Assembly: GCA_963708135.1 (NCBI GenBank)
Contig: OY970192.1
Coordinates: 4,448,001 to 4,512,000, forward strand
Reading direction: 5' to 3'
DNA: 64,000 nt
From: an uncultured Gemmatimonadales bacterium
GTDB lineage: Bacteria; Gemmatimonadota; Gemmatimonadetes; Longimicrobiales; RSA9
Part shown: piece after piece, positions 11,718 to 21,615 of the stretch
Numbering within the stretch: position 1 is the stretch's first letter
How the letters are laid out: every line of letters begins with the position of its first letter
Translations under genes and position numbers: made by a program
Notes under the pieces: model-generated
The model's database searches: none
Seen by the model: the letters and a program-made list of their open reading frames with translations, nothing else
Told to the model about the DNA's origin: nothing

Positions 11718-14700
11718 TCAGAGGCCGAGCGCCCGGGGCAGCGCCCGGCAGGCCGCCTGCAGCTCGACATCGCCGGCCTCGGAGGCCAGCCCGGCCGCCG
11801 CGGCGGCCAGCCGGCGGGCGCGCTCGCGCCGCCCCTCGGCGGCGTGCGCCCGCGCCAGCAGGCACAGCATCCAGCCCTCGCCGCGGCGGTCGCCGGTCCG
11901 CCGGCGGATGGCGAGCGACGCCTCGAGCCGCGCCCGCGCCTCCGCGGGCTCGTCGAGCTCCAGCGCGATCTCCCCGAGCAGCGCCAGGGCATGCCCCTCC
12001 AGGCGCGCCAGCCCCGCCTGGCGGTGGTGTGCGAGCGCCTGCTCCAGCCGCTCCCGGGCCTGGCCCCGCCGGTCGAGCGCGCGCAGCGTCGCGCCCAGGC
12101 TGTTCAGCGCCAGGCCGACGCCCGCCTCGTCGCCTGCGGCGCGGAAGACCGCCAGCGCGCGCTCGTACTCGGCCAGCGCGCCGGCGTGCTCGCCGCGCGT
12201 CCACGCGAGGATTCCGAGCGTGTTCCGGAGGCGCCCCTCGGCCTGCGCCTGGCCGGTGGAGGCGGCCAGCTCTGCCGCCTCGCGGAAGTGGCCGATGGCC
12301 AGGGACGCCTCCGGCAGGTGCCGGCGCGCGGTGCGGCCGAGCCCTTCGAGCGCCTGGAGCTCCCCGGCCGCGTCGCCTGTGCGCTGCCGGATCGAGCGCG
12401 CCTGGCCCCACGCGGCCATCGCCTCGGCGTCCTGGCCCTCCGCCTCGCACGCGCCCGCGAGCCGCGCCCAGACCGCCGCCTCGCCGTCCGCGTCCTTCAG
12501 CTGCGCGAACAGGGCGGCCGCCTCGCGCAGGTGAGGCAGCGCCTCGCGCCGCCGGCCGAGCCCGATGAGGACCTCGCCCAGCATCCGGAGCGACTGCACG
12601 AGGCCGGGGACGAAGCCCGCGCGTCGCGTCAGGTCCACGGCGGCGCGGTAGTGCCCCAGCGCCTCCTCGACGCGGCCGGCCTGGAGCGCCATGTGAGCGA
12701 GCGAGGTGCCGTGGTAGGAGAGCTGGATCGGCAGCCTCTTCCCTGCCGTCAGCCGCCTCGCCTCCTCGAGGTAGGCGCGCCCCGTCTCCATGTCCCCCAT
12801 CCCCCGGTGCACGTTGGCCAGGTTGTGCAGCAGGTAGCTCTGCATGAGGAGCACGTCACCGCGTACGGCCGTATCGGCAGCGCCCGAGACGATGCGGCGG
12901 CTCAGCTCGAGCCCCTCGAGCAGGTAGCCGCGCGCGCGCTCGAGCTCGCCGAGCCCCTTCAGGATGTAGCCGAGGTTGGAGAGGTCGCCGACGATCGCCA
13001 TATTGTCGCCGACGGCGCGGTCGATGGAGAGCGCCTCCTCCACATACGTCAGCGCCTCCGCATCCCGGCGCTGGTGCCAGCGCAGCAGCCCGAGGCTACG
13101 GAGGGTGTTGCGCACGCCCTCCGGCTCGCCGATCCCGCGCCGCAGCCGGAGAGAGCGCTCGAGCGCCGCCTCTGCCGCATCGAAGCGGCGCAGCAGGGTG
13201 CAGAGGTCGCCCTGGCGGACGTAGACCTCGGCCAGCCGGGCCGCCTCGCCGGCCGGCTCGAGTCGGGCGATGAGCTCGTCGATGAGGCGCTGCTGCCGCT
13301 CGCGCATGCCGAGCGTCTCGTAGAGCCGCTCCTCGCGGAGCAGAATCTCGACCCGCGTGGCGGCCCGGGCCTCGTCCTCCGGCAGCCGACCGAGCCAGGT
13401 GCGGGCACGCTCGAGCGTGGCGAGCGCCGGCCGGAACTGCGCGAGCGCACTGGCGCGGCTCGCGGCCTGGACGGCGTAGCGCACGGCGCGGTCCCAGTCC
13501 TCCGCCTGGCTGAAGTGGTAGGCGAGGCGGTCGAGGTGGTCCTCCAGGCGGGCGGCGTGCAGCTCCTCGATGGCGGTGCCCGCGCGGCCGTGCAGCTCCC
13601 GGCGGCGGTGCTCCAGCACCCCCGCGTAGGCCACCTCCTGAGTCAGCGCGTGCTTGAAGCGGTACGCCGCCTCCGGCAGCACGCGGATCTGCTGCACGAG
13701 GCCGGCGGCCTTCAGGCCCTGGAGCGCCCGCGGCAGTCCGTCGGGGTCGGGCACCATGCGCTCGAGGATCGCTCTCGTGAACTCCCGGCCGACGACGGAG
13801 GCGTCGCGCAGCACCTCGCGCGCGTCGGGCTCCAGCCGGTCCAGCCGCGCCCGGATCACCGCCTGGACGGTCTCCGGCAGGTCGAGCGCCTCGAGCGAGC
13901 CCGCGAGGGCGACGGCGTCGCCGTCCACGCGCAGCGCGCCCTCCTCCAGCAGCGTCTGGCAGACCTCCTCGAGGAAGAACGGGTTGCCGCCGGTCCGCTC
14001 GTGCAGCAGCCGGGCGAGCCCGTCCGGCACGCTCGAAACGCGCAGCAGCGCGGCGAGCATGGCGCGCGTGGAGTCGGGCGCGAGGGGGCCAAGCACCAGC
14101 GTCTCGTGATGGCTGGCGCTGCTCCATTCCTCGCCGCCGCCGGGGCGGAGCGTGGCGACGACAAGCAGCGCGTGCTCCGCCACGAGCTCCGCCACCTGCC
14201 GCAGCACGGCCGCGGAGGCGTCGTCCACCCAGTGCCAGTCCTCGAGCAGGAGCACCGTGGTGCGGCGTCGCGACAGCACGGTCAGCAGCGCCGCCAGTGC
14301 CTCCTGGACCGCCATCCCGAACTGCTCGCCGCGCAGGTGCTGCGGCAGCGGAAACTCTTCCGCCGGAATCGAGAGCAGGTGGAGGTAGAGCGGGATGAAA
14401 TCCTCGAGGGCGTCGTCCAGCGCGCACAGCCGCGCGGCCGCCTCCATGGCGCCGGCAGGCTCGGGGCCGGGCCCGGACCGATCCAGGCGGAGCGCCGCGC
14501 GCAGGATCTCAATGAAGGGTCCGTACGCGGTGCCGCCGCCGTACGCCTGGCAGCGCCCCTGGAGGAGCACGGTGCCGGACGCGTCCAGCCGCTGCCGGAG
14601 CTCGTGCAGCAGCCGGGACTTCCCCATCCCGGCATCGCCGACGACGGTGACGAAGCGGCCCGCCCCCGCCCGCGCGGCCTCCAGCTGCCTCGTGAGGCGC

Positions 14701-16553
14701 TCGAGCTCCACGGCGCGGCCGGTGAACGGCGTCAGCGCTCCCCCGCGCTGCGCCGCCTCCAGGCGAGTGCGTGGCTCGACCTGCCCGGTGAGCGCGTGCG
14801 GCAGGAGCGGCCGCTCGCGGTCGCCGAGCGGGAGCGGCGGGCGCGGGTCCGTGTGGACGTAGCCTTGCACGAGCCTGAGCGACGCGGGGCTCAGCCAGAT
14901 CTCGCCCGCGGGCGCCGCGCCCGCCAGCTGGAGCGCCGTCTGCGCCGCCGCGCCGGCGACCTCGAAGGCACGGCCGGGTGTGGTGGACGGCTGCGCGATG
15001 ACGACGGCGCTGTCGATGCCCACGGCCAGCCGGAGCGCCGGCGCGCCGGCCTGGCCGGTTCCGCCGCCGAGTCCCGGGACCTCCTCCTGCAGCTCGAGGG
15101 CCGCACGCACCGCGCGCATGGCGTCGTCCTCGTGGGCGGCCGGAAGCCCGAAGAGCAGCGTCAGGACGTCGCCTTCCGCGCCCTGGAGGACGCCTCCGTG
15201 CCGCCGGGCGACGCCGTCCGCCGCCTCGCGCAGGCGGCGCATCACGCGCTCCGCCTCCGCCGGCCCGAGCCGCTCCAGCAGCGCGGCGTGGCCGGCCAGC
15301 CGGCACACCGCGACGGTGGCGCGACGGCGCTCGCCGCCCGGCAGCAGCGTGCCCTCACTCGTGGAGCCGGGCGCCGCCGGGGGGAAGAACCGCGCCGGCC
15401 CGGCCACGGCGGAACCGCTCCCGGCGGCGAGCGCGAGCAGCGCGGCGAGGTCCCGCGCCAGCTCGCGCGCCGTCGCGTAGCGCGCCTCCACGGGTCGGGC
15501 GAGAGCGCGGCGGAGCAGTCGCGCGAGCGCCCCGGCGAGGCGCGGGTCCGCGACCCCGGCGGCACGCACGGCGGCGTCCGCCGCGGCCTCGGCATCCTGC
15601 GGCCCCTCCTCCGCCAGCCGGGCTCCGGCCAGCATCTCCCAGAGCACCGCGCCCAGCGACCAGAGATCGGCACGGCCATCCACCGCCTCCCCGGCGGCCT
15701 GCTCCGGGCTCATGTAGGCCTCGGTGCCCGGCCGCGCCTCCGGCCGCGTGAGCGCCAGGTGCGCCAGCTTCGCCACGCCGAAGTCCAGGATCTTGACCAC
15801 CCCGTCGGCGGTGATCATCAGGTTGGCGGGCTTCACGTCGCGGTGCACGATGCCGCGCTCGTGCGCCCCGGCCAGTCCGTCCGCCACCTGGCGCGCGAGC
15901 GCCACAGACTCGGCGAGGGGGAGCGGGCCGCGCGCGAGGCGGGCGCGCAGTGTCTCGCCCTCGTAGAGCGGCATGGCCAGGAAGAGCTGGCCATCCGCCG
16001 TCTCGCCGATCTCGTGGATGGTGCAGATGTTCGGGTGGTCGAGCGCCGCCGCCGCCCGCGCCTCCGCGCGGAAGCGCTCCTTCGCGCGCGGGTCGCCGCC
16101 CAGCTCGGGGTGCAGGAACTTGAGCGCCACGGCCCGGCCCAGCCGCGTGTCCCACGCCCGGTAGACCACGCCCATCCCCCCGCCGCCCACCACGTCCCGC
16201 AACTCGTAGTGGCCGGCGGTCCGCCCCGCGGCGGGCGCCGCATCCGCATCGGCGGGCGGGGCGAAGCGTGCCACCGGACGGTCCACGGGGCCGGGCCGCC
16301 CGTGCGCGGCGAGCAGCGACTCGACCTCGCGCCGTAGCTCCGGCTCGCCTGCACAGGCGCGCTCGAGCAGGGCCGCGCGCTCCTCCTCCCGAAGCGCCAG
16401 GGCCTCCACCAGCACGTCCCCGGCGCGCTCGAGGAGCCCCGCGTCCGCCGGGCGGGACGGCCCGGGCGGGCTCGCCGCGCCCGGACGGCCGAGCGCCCGC
16501 CGCAGTCCGCGGCCCCAGCGCGCCATCCAGCCGCGCTCCTCCCGGGCGCTCAC
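11718..16553 (-). CDS. Ser/Thr kinase - degenerate class III cyclase - STAND/AAA NTPase - TPR fusion
   Basis: HRDVKPAN and DFG; FGLPAAHEDDAMRAVRAAL cyclase signature; GDAGMGKS, LLLEDWHW and RTGGNPFFLEE; C-terminal TPRs; GTG start overlaps the ECF stop. Confidence 0.88.
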   Translation of the reverse strand: MSAREERGWMARWGRGLRRALGRPGAASPPGPSRPADAGLLERAGDVLVEALALREEERAALLERACAGEPELRREVESLLAAHGRPGPVDRPVARFAPPADADAAPAAGRTAGHYELRDVVGGGGMGVVYRAWDTRLGRAVALKFLHPELGGDPRAKERFRAEARAAAALDHPNICTIHEIGETADGQLFLAMPLYEGETLRARLARGPLPLAESVALARQVADGLAGAHERGIVHRDVKPANLMITADGVVKILDFGVAKLAHLALTRPEARPGTEAYMSPEQAAGEAVDGRADLWSLGAVLWEMLAGARLAEEGPQDAEAAADAAVRAAGVADPRLAGALARLLRRALARPVEARYATARELARDLAALLALAAGSGSAVAGPARFFPPAAPGSTSEGTLLPGGERRRATVAVCRLAGHAALLERLGPAEAERVMRRLREAADGVARRHGGVLQGAEGDVLTLLFGLPAAHEDDAMRAVRAALELQEEVPGLGGGTGQAGAPALRLAVGIDSAVVIAQPSTTPGRAFEVAGAAAQTALQLAGAAPAGEIWLSPASLRLVQGYVHTDPRPPLPLGDRERPLLPHALTGQVEPRTRLEAAQRGGALTPFTGRAVELERLTRQLEAARAGAGRFVTVVGDAGMGKSRLLHELRQRLDASGTVLLQGRCQAYGGGTAYGPFIEILRAALRLDRSGPGPEPAGAMEAAARLCALDDALEDFIPLYLHLLSIPAEEFPLPQHLRGEQFGMAVQEALAALLTVLSRRRTTVLLLEDWHWVDDASAAVLRQVAELVAEHALLVVATLRPGGGEEWSSASHHETLVLGPLAPDSTRAMLAALLRVSSVPDGLARLLHERTGGNPFFLEEVCQTLLEEGALRVDGDAVALAGSLEALDLPETVQAVIRARLDRLEPDAREVLRDASVVGREFTRAILERMVPDPDGLPRALQGLKAAGLVQQIRVLPEAAYRFKHALTQEVAYAGVLEHRRRELHGRAGTAIEELHAARLEDHLDRLAYHFSQAEDWDRAVRYAVQAASRASALAQFRPALATLERARTWLGRLPEDEARAATRVEILLREERLYETLGMRERQQRLIDELIARLEPAGEAARLAEVYVRQGDLCTLLRRFDAAEAALERSLRLRRGIGEPEGVRNTLRSLGLLRWHQRRDAEALTYVEEALSIDRAVGDNMAIVGDLSNLGYILKGLGELERARGYLLEGLELSRRIVSGAADTAVRGDVLLMQSYLLHNLANVHRGMGDMETGRAYLEEARRLTAGKRLPIQLSYHGTSLAHMALQAGRVEEALGHYRAAVDLTRRAGFVPGLVQSLRMLGEVLIGLGRRREALPHLREAAALFAQLKDADGEAAVWARLAGACEAEGQDAEAMAAWGQARSIRQRTGDAAGELQALEGLGRTARRHLPEASLAIGHFREAAELAASTGQAQAEGRLRNTLGILAWTRGEHAGALAEYERALAVFRAAGDEAGVGLALNSLGATLRALDRRGQARERLEQALAHHRQAGLARLEGHALALLGEIALELDEPAEARARLEASLAIRRRTGDRRGEGWMLCLLARAHAAEGRRERARRLAAAAAGLASEAGDVELQAACRALPRALGL

Positions 16554-17164
16554 GGGGCGAGCTCCCGGTGCAGCCACGCGCGCGCCACGGTCCAGTCGCG
16601 CTTGACCGTGGCGGGCGAGATGTCCAGCGCCTCGGCCGTCTCCTCCACACTCATGTCGGCGAAGAAGCGGCATTCCACCACCCGGCACTGCCGCTCGTTC
16701 ACGGCGGCCAGGCGGCGCAGCGCCTCGTCCACGGCCAGCAGCTCATCGGCCCGCGCATCGGTCACGAGTCGCGGTTCGGCCACGGCGTCGGCGGGAGCGG
16801 GATCCCGGCCGCCCCCGCGCTTGGCGGCGTTCCGGCGGACGGCGTAGTCCACGAGCACGCGCCGCATCGCCACGGCCGCAGCGGCGAAGAAGTGGGCCCG
16901 GCTCGTCCATTCCATCCGGTCGGCGTCGGCCAGCTTGAGGTACGCCTCGTGGACGAGCGCGGTGGTGCCGAGGGTGTGGCCGACCGCCTCGGCGCGCATG
17001 CGGTTGTGCGCCACGCGGCGGAGCTCCTCGTAGACCAGCGGGACGAGGCGGTCCACCGCGTCGCGGCCCGCGCCGGGCACGGGTGTGGAGGGGCCGCTCG
17101 GCCCCGGCCCCCCAGGGAGGGCGCGGCCGGGATCGCGGTCCGGTTCGGCGTGCGTGGGGGGCAT
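16550..17164 (-). CDS. ECF sigma factor, kinase-associated (TIGR02999-like)
   Basis: LVPLVYEELRRVA, HTLGTTALVHEAYLKL and TVKRDWTVARAWL. Confidence 0.92.
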   Translation of the reverse strand: MPPTHAEPDRDPGRALPGGPGPSGPSTPVPGAGRDAVDRLVPLVYEELRRVAHNRMRAEAVGHTLGTTALVHEAYLKLADADRMEWTSRAHFFAAAAVAMRRVLVDYAVRRNAAKRGGGRDPAPADAVAEPRLVTDARADELLAVDEALRRLAAVNERQCRVVECRFFADMSVEETAEALDISPATVKRDWTVARAWLHRELAP

Positions 17165-17363
17165 CGACGCTTCCTCGGTGCCGGCGGGTCCGGTGAAGGT
17201 GGCTTCTGCCCTCAAGATAGCGTGCTCGGCCGTATGGGAAACGGTCCGCCCGCCGGGCGATGCGGTTTCGTGAGCCCTGGCCGCCGTCTTTTCGGCCACA
17301 GGGGGTGAGGCGGCGGATGGTGTCGCCGCCGCAGATCGCAACCCACGGCCGAGGAGGCGCACC

Positions 17364-17969
17364 ATGGCGGATCAGTGGAAGCTCGACGGGACCTACACCG
17401 AGGCATGCACGTGCGAGGCGGCGTGTCCCTGCATCATGCTGAGCGACCCGACGGAGGGCGACTGCACGGCTGTCGTCGGCTGGCACATCGACCGCGGCAG
17501 CTACGGCGGCGTGGCGCTGGACGGGCTGAACGTGGCGGTGGGCGTCCACACGCCCGGCAACATGAAGGAGAAGGACTGGCAGGCGGCGCTCTACATCGAC
17601 GAGCGCGCCTCGGCGGAGCAGCGCGACGCGCTCACGCAGATCTTCGGCGGCCAGGCGGGCGGGCACCCGGCGCGGATCGCGCAGCACATCGCGCAGGTAT
17701 CCGGCGTCCATCACGTGCCGATCACCTTCGAGAGCGATGGCCGCAAGGGCCACCTGCGCGTCGGCACGGTGGGCGAGTCGGAGTGGGAGCCGATCGAGGG
17801 GCAGGGCGGCGGCCTCGTAACCGTCGAGGGCAACCCGCTGGCCATCTCGCCCGGGCATGCAGCGGTGATCGGGCGGGCGCGCAAGGCGCGCTTCCAGGAC
17901 CACGGCATCGCGTTCGAGGCCTCCGGCCGGCAGGCGATGGTCGCGCCCTTCAGCTACGCCGGGCCGTGA
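17364..17969 (+). CDS. DUF1326 family protein
   Basis: WKLDGTYTEACTCEAACPC...PTEGDC and YIDERASAEQRDAL; GAGGAGG RBS. Confidence 0.88.
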   Translation: MADQWKLDGTYTEACTCEAACPCIMLSDPTEGDCTAVVGWHIDRGSYGGVALDGLNVAVGVHTPGNMKEKDWQAALYIDERASAEQRDALTQIFGGQAGGHPARIAQHIAQVSGVHHVPITFESDGRKGHLRVGTVGESEWEPIEGQGGGLVTVEGNPLAISPGHAAVIGRARKARFQDHGIAFEASGRQAMVAPFSYAGP

Positions 17970-18607
17970 GCGCCGCCATGGCCACGGGCGGCGCCGGCTT
18001 CGGGGCGCTGCCCTGGGTGCTCGCCATGTGGTCGGTCATGATGTGCGCGATGATGCTGCCGGCCGCCGCGCCGATGATCGTGACCTACGCGGCCGTGAGC
18101 CGGCGCAGGGAGGACGGCCACCTGCGGCGCACCGGCCTCTTCACGCTCGCCTACCTGGGCGTGTGGCTGGGCGTCAGCGCGCTCGGCGCGCTGGCGCAGT
18201 GCGCCCTCGGCTCGGCCGCGCTGCTCTCCCCGCGCGGCGCCACCACGGCTCCGCTCCTCTCCGGCGGGCTGCTGCTCGGCGCCGGCGCCTACCAGCTCAC
18301 ACCCCTCAAGCACGCCTGCCTCCGCCGCTGCCGGACGCCGCTCGGCTTCCTGCTCACCGAGTGGCGGCCGGGCGGCGCTGGCGCGCTGCGCATGGGCACC
18401 CGCCACGGCATCGAGTGTGTGCTGTGCTGCTGGGCGATCATGGCGCTCATGTTCGTCCTCGGCACCATGAACCTCATCTGGATGGGCGTCCTCACCGTGC
18501 TCATGTCCGCGGAGAAGCTGGCGCCCGGCGGCCACCGGATCGGCCGCGCGGCCGCCGTGCTCTTCCTCGGCTGGGGCGGCTGGCTGGTGCTGAGCACGCT
18601 CGCCTGA
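17966..18607 (+). CDS. DUF2182 predicted metal-binding membrane protein
   Basis: MWSVMMCAMMLP, YQLTPLKHACLRRCRTP, CCWAIMALMF and MNLIWM; start GTG 17966 or ATG 17978. Confidence 0.88.
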   Translation: MSAAMATGGAGFGALPWVLAMWSVMMCAMMLPAAAPMIVTYAAVSRRREDGHLRRTGLFTLAYLGVWLGVSALGALAQCALGSAALLSPRGATTAPLLSGGLLLGAGAYQLTPLKHACLRRCRTPLGFLLTEWRPGGAGALRMGTRHGIECVLCCWAIMALMFVLGTMNLIWMGVLTVLMSAEKLAPGGHRIGRAAAVLFLGWGGWLVLSTLA

Positions 18608-18634
18608 GGCGAGGAGCGCCGGCCGCCGCCGGCA

Positions 18635-20176
18635 TCACACGATCGGCGCCAGCCCCTCCGCGAGGCCGAGATCCTCGAGGAACGCGTTCGAGAACGTGCG
18701 CCGGCCGACCGCGTCCAGCAGCTGGGCGCGCGCCGCCAGCCAGCGGTCCAGCGTGTCGCCGAACGCCCGGCGGATCTCGGCCGAGTCCTCGGGCAGCAGC
18801 TTGCCCCAGTGGAACGCGTGCGGGATGCCGGCATGGTCGAGACCACTCCAGATGGCGGCGTAGAGCGAGCGCGTGCGGCCGGAGAGCGGACCGTCGATCT
18901 CCAGCACGCACGTTGGCTCGTACATCGCCCATCCGAGCATGGCCCGCGAGCGCTTGATGAAACGGCACGCCGGCAGCACCGCGCACGGCCCCTGCCTGCG
19001 GTTCAGCTCGAGCACCAGGTCGACAGCCTCCGAGGCGTGGGCCACCGGTACGCTGACCGCCGCGCTCGCCGCCTTGCCGCGCGTCGTGGTGTTGGTGAAG
19101 ATCTCGCCGATCGTCCCTGTCTGCGTCTCGTCCGCGTAGCGCGCGGCTAGGATCTTGTTGACCAGCAGCGGGATGCTCGCGGGCACCGCATCCGTGAGCA
19201 GCCCGCAGAACGCCAGCGTGTCGTCCGCCGGGCCGAAGCCGTCCGCGTCCGGCACCGGCGCGGTGTACGCATCCGTGTACGCGCGCCTCCACATCGTCGT
19301 CACGAACGCGCCGCCATCCAGGTCGTACGGGTTCACCACCACCTGGAAATGGTAGGGCCGCGCGGCGCCGCCCGGGAGCGCGAGCCCCGAGAAGTCCAGC
19401 GTGTTCATGGCGCCCTTGAGTGCGGCGTCGTACGGCATCCGCCGCCGGAACATGTCCAGCAGGAACGCCGGGTCGGTCTCCAGCATCACGCCGTGGATGA
19501 AGCCGAAGCTGCCGAAGCTCACGAGCGCGGCGTCGAACAGCGCGTCATCGCGCAGCAGCTCCGCGCCCAGACGCGCGGCGAACGCATCCGCCGCGACCGG
19601 CGTGGATGCGCGCTCGAGCCAGACGTGCCGGTCCGGCGCCACCACGATGTGGAGCCCGACGACGTAGTCCGGGATCGACCCGACGTCGATCGCGGCGCCG
19701 TGGGTCTGCGTCAACATGGCGCCGACGATGGTCTGCCCGTTGCTCGCGCCCACCGCCCGCAGCGAGCGCCCCTCCGCCTTCAGCCGCGCGTTCAGCTCCA
19801 GGATCGAGCAGCCGCACTGCGCGAAGCGCAGCCCGTCCGCGTCGCCCTGGTAGGAGGCGTGCACCAGCTCCGGCGTGATGCGGAAGTACAGGTTCAGCGG
19901 CTTCGTGTTCACCAGCCGCCCGTCCGTGGCCGGCGCCCGCGTGAAGGACCAGCCGCCGCCGAACGCGCGGAACCGGACCCCGTCCCGTATCGCCTCCCCC
20001 AGCAGGCGCTGCACCCCGCGGGTGGTGGCGTTGTAGCGCTGGAGCGGCTCGCCCGCCACGGGGTTCCAGAGGTCGTACAGCCGGTCGAGCGGCTGCGTGT
20101 AGGTGAGGTGCTTGTTCGTCCAGCTGTGCTGCCCCGTGTCGACCACGTGGGCCTGGAGATCCGTGACGGTGCTCAT
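18635..20176 (-). CDS. FAD-linked oxidoreductase (VAO/PCMH fold)
   Basis: RAFGGGWSF, GASNGQTIVGAMLTQTHG, SFGSFGFI and FHWGK; ATGA overlap with the upstream gene. Confidence 0.85.
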   Translation of the reverse strand: MSTVTDLQAHVVDTGQHSWTNKHLTYTQPLDRLYDLWNPVAGEPLQRYNATTRGVQRLLGEAIRDGVRFRAFGGGWSFTRAPATDGRLVNTKPLNLYFRITPELVHASYQGDADGLRFAQCGCSILELNARLKAEGRSLRAVGASNGQTIVGAMLTQTHGAAIDVGSIPDYVVGLHIVVAPDRHVWLERASTPVAADAFAARLGAELLRDDALFDAALVSFGSFGFIHGVMLETDPAFLLDMFRRRMPYDAALKGAMNTLDFSGLALPGGAARPYHFQVVVNPYDLDGGAFVTTMWRRAYTDAYTAPVPDADGFGPADDTLAFCGLLTDAVPASIPLLVNKILAARYADETQTGTIGEIFTNTTTRGKAASAAVSVPVAHASEAVDLVLELNRRQGPCAVLPACRFIKRSRAMLGWAMYEPTCVLEIDGPLSGRTRSLYAAIWSGLDHAGIPHAFHWGKLLPEDSAEIRRAFGDTLDRWLAARAQLLDAVGRRTFSNAFLEDLGLAEGLAPIV

Positions 20177-20538
20177 GGCCGATGCTCCCGCGTTCGGGGA
20201 GAGTCGAGCCGGATGACGCCGGTTCCTTCCCGCGGCTTGCTGCACTGCCACTCCATCCGCAGCGGCGCCCAGAAGCCCAGCGTCAGCGTCGTCACGAGGG
20301 CGTAGCCGAGGTTCGTCGAGACGTGCACGTTGTCCAGCGCGCTGCCGTTCTCGCACTCCGCCGCCCGTGCCACCTCGGGCTTCACGATCAGCCCCCAGGC
20401 GAGGGCGTGGAACGTCCGGCTCCGCGCCACCGTCGACGGGTCCGGCGCGGGCTCCTCTACCCGGTAGTGGTAGCAGCCGGCCTGGAGCGCCAGGAGCAGC
20501 GCCGCCGCGGCGGCCGCACGCGGAAGTGGTCGCGACAT
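20173..20538 (-). CDS. Bor/Iss-like lipoprotein
   Basis: LQAGC lipobox; AWGLI...EC...VHVSTNLGYALVTTLTLGFWAP...WQC Bor pattern. Confidence 0.75.
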   Translation of the reverse strand: MSRPLPRAAAAAALLLALQAGCYHYRVEEPAPDPSTVARSRTFHALAWGLIVKPEVARAAECENGSALDNVHVSTNLGYALVTTLTLGFWAPLRMEWQCSKPREGTGVIRLDSPRTREHRP

Positions 20539-20580
20539 CGGCTCCTCCTCTCGTGAGCGATCGGAATGGGGCGGCCGCCC

Positions 20581-21615
20581 TCAGGGCTGGCGCGCCGCCA
20601 GGAATCCGCGGACCAGCAGGTTCGTCTCCAGGCGCGGCGGGCCCGCGCCCGCGCCCCCCGGCCGCGAGGCCGCCGTCAGCACCACCGCCGTGCGCGGGAT
20701 GGCGCGCAGCTCGACGCCCAGGCCCGGGTGCAGGTGGCGGTCGGCGCCGTCGTAGAGCAGCTCCGCCCGCACGTCCGTGGCCGAGCCCTTTCGCTGCAGC
20801 GCCGCGCCGACGCGGCCGTACGCACCCGCGCGGAACGCGCTCCGGGCCTCGGCCGTGGCCAGGATGTCGAAGCGGCGCCCCAGCGTGAACTGCGCCGCGG
20901 CCCAGACGGTCTGCCGCACCTCCCGCAGGCTGTCCCGGGAGGCGACGTCTCCGCGCAGCACGCCGGCGAGTCCCCACCCCGCCGACACCTGCACGCAGCA
21001 GCGCGCCCGCATCTCGCGCCGGGAGGCCGCCAGCAGCGGGCCGAGCTCCACTCCCCGGTCCGCTGCGTCCTCCTCCGTCGGCTCGAGCGGCTCGACGCCG
21101 TGCGCCGCGAGCTCGCGCGCGACCCGCTCCGGCAGGTCGGAGTTGAGCACGGGGTCGTGGGGGTCGTGGAAGGTCGCGCGCAGCCCGAGCCCGAGCCGGG
21201 TCGATGCGGGCGTGCCGCTCTCCCGCACGGCCGCGATCGAGAGGAGCGTCTTGGTCAGGACCCGCTTCACCCGCCCCTCGAGCGAATTGTCGCGGTAGCT
21301 CGCGAGCGTGCGCACGCCGCCGCCCAGCACGTAGTAGGGCGAGAGGTCCAGCGCCGCCGCGGCCCCGGACGGCGCGCCGGCCAGCGCGGCGCCGACGGCC
21401 AGCGCGACCGGCTTGGGCGCGCTGCCGCGCAGCACCCTTACACCCGTCCGGTCCAGCGCCACCAGCGCAGGCGACTCCGGCACGTCCACATCCAGCACGA
21501 ACCGGTACACGTCGATCCGGCCGCCCTGCTGCGCCGCGGCCCGCTGCGGAACGGCCGGGATCAGGCAGAGCGCGATGAGAGCGGCGGTCGCTCGTCCGGA
21601 ATGGCGTACGCGCAT
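20581..21615 (-). CDS. Secreted hypothetical protein, possibly an outer-membrane beta-barrel
   Basis: Signal peptide (AAAQQ); alternating-polarity C-terminal strands; DVDVPESPALVALD. Confidence 0.65.
   Translation of the reverse strand: MRVRHSGRATAALIALCLIPAVPQRAAAQQGGRIDVYRFVLDVDVPESPALVALDRTGVRVLRGSAPKPVALAVGAALAGAPSGAAAALDLSPYYVLGGGVRTLASYRDNSLEGRVKRVLTKTLLSIAAVRESGTPASTRLGLGLRATFHDPHDPVLNSDLPERVARELAAHGVEPLEPTEEDAADRGVELGPLLAASRREMRARCCVQVSAGWGLAGVLRGDVASRDSLREVRQTVWAAAQFTLGRRFDILATAEARSAFRAGAYGRVGAALQRKGSATDVRAELLYDGADRHLHPGLGVELRAIPRTAVVLTAASRPGGAGAGPPRLETNLLVRGFLAARQP

Noticed and set aside
11682..16337. 1551-aa plus-strand ORF, and similar long ORFs at 56019-58886, 59022-62063, 52055-54385 and 26803-29349
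   Set aside because: Antisense shadows of motif-bearing genes, expected at this GC content; no recognisable domains
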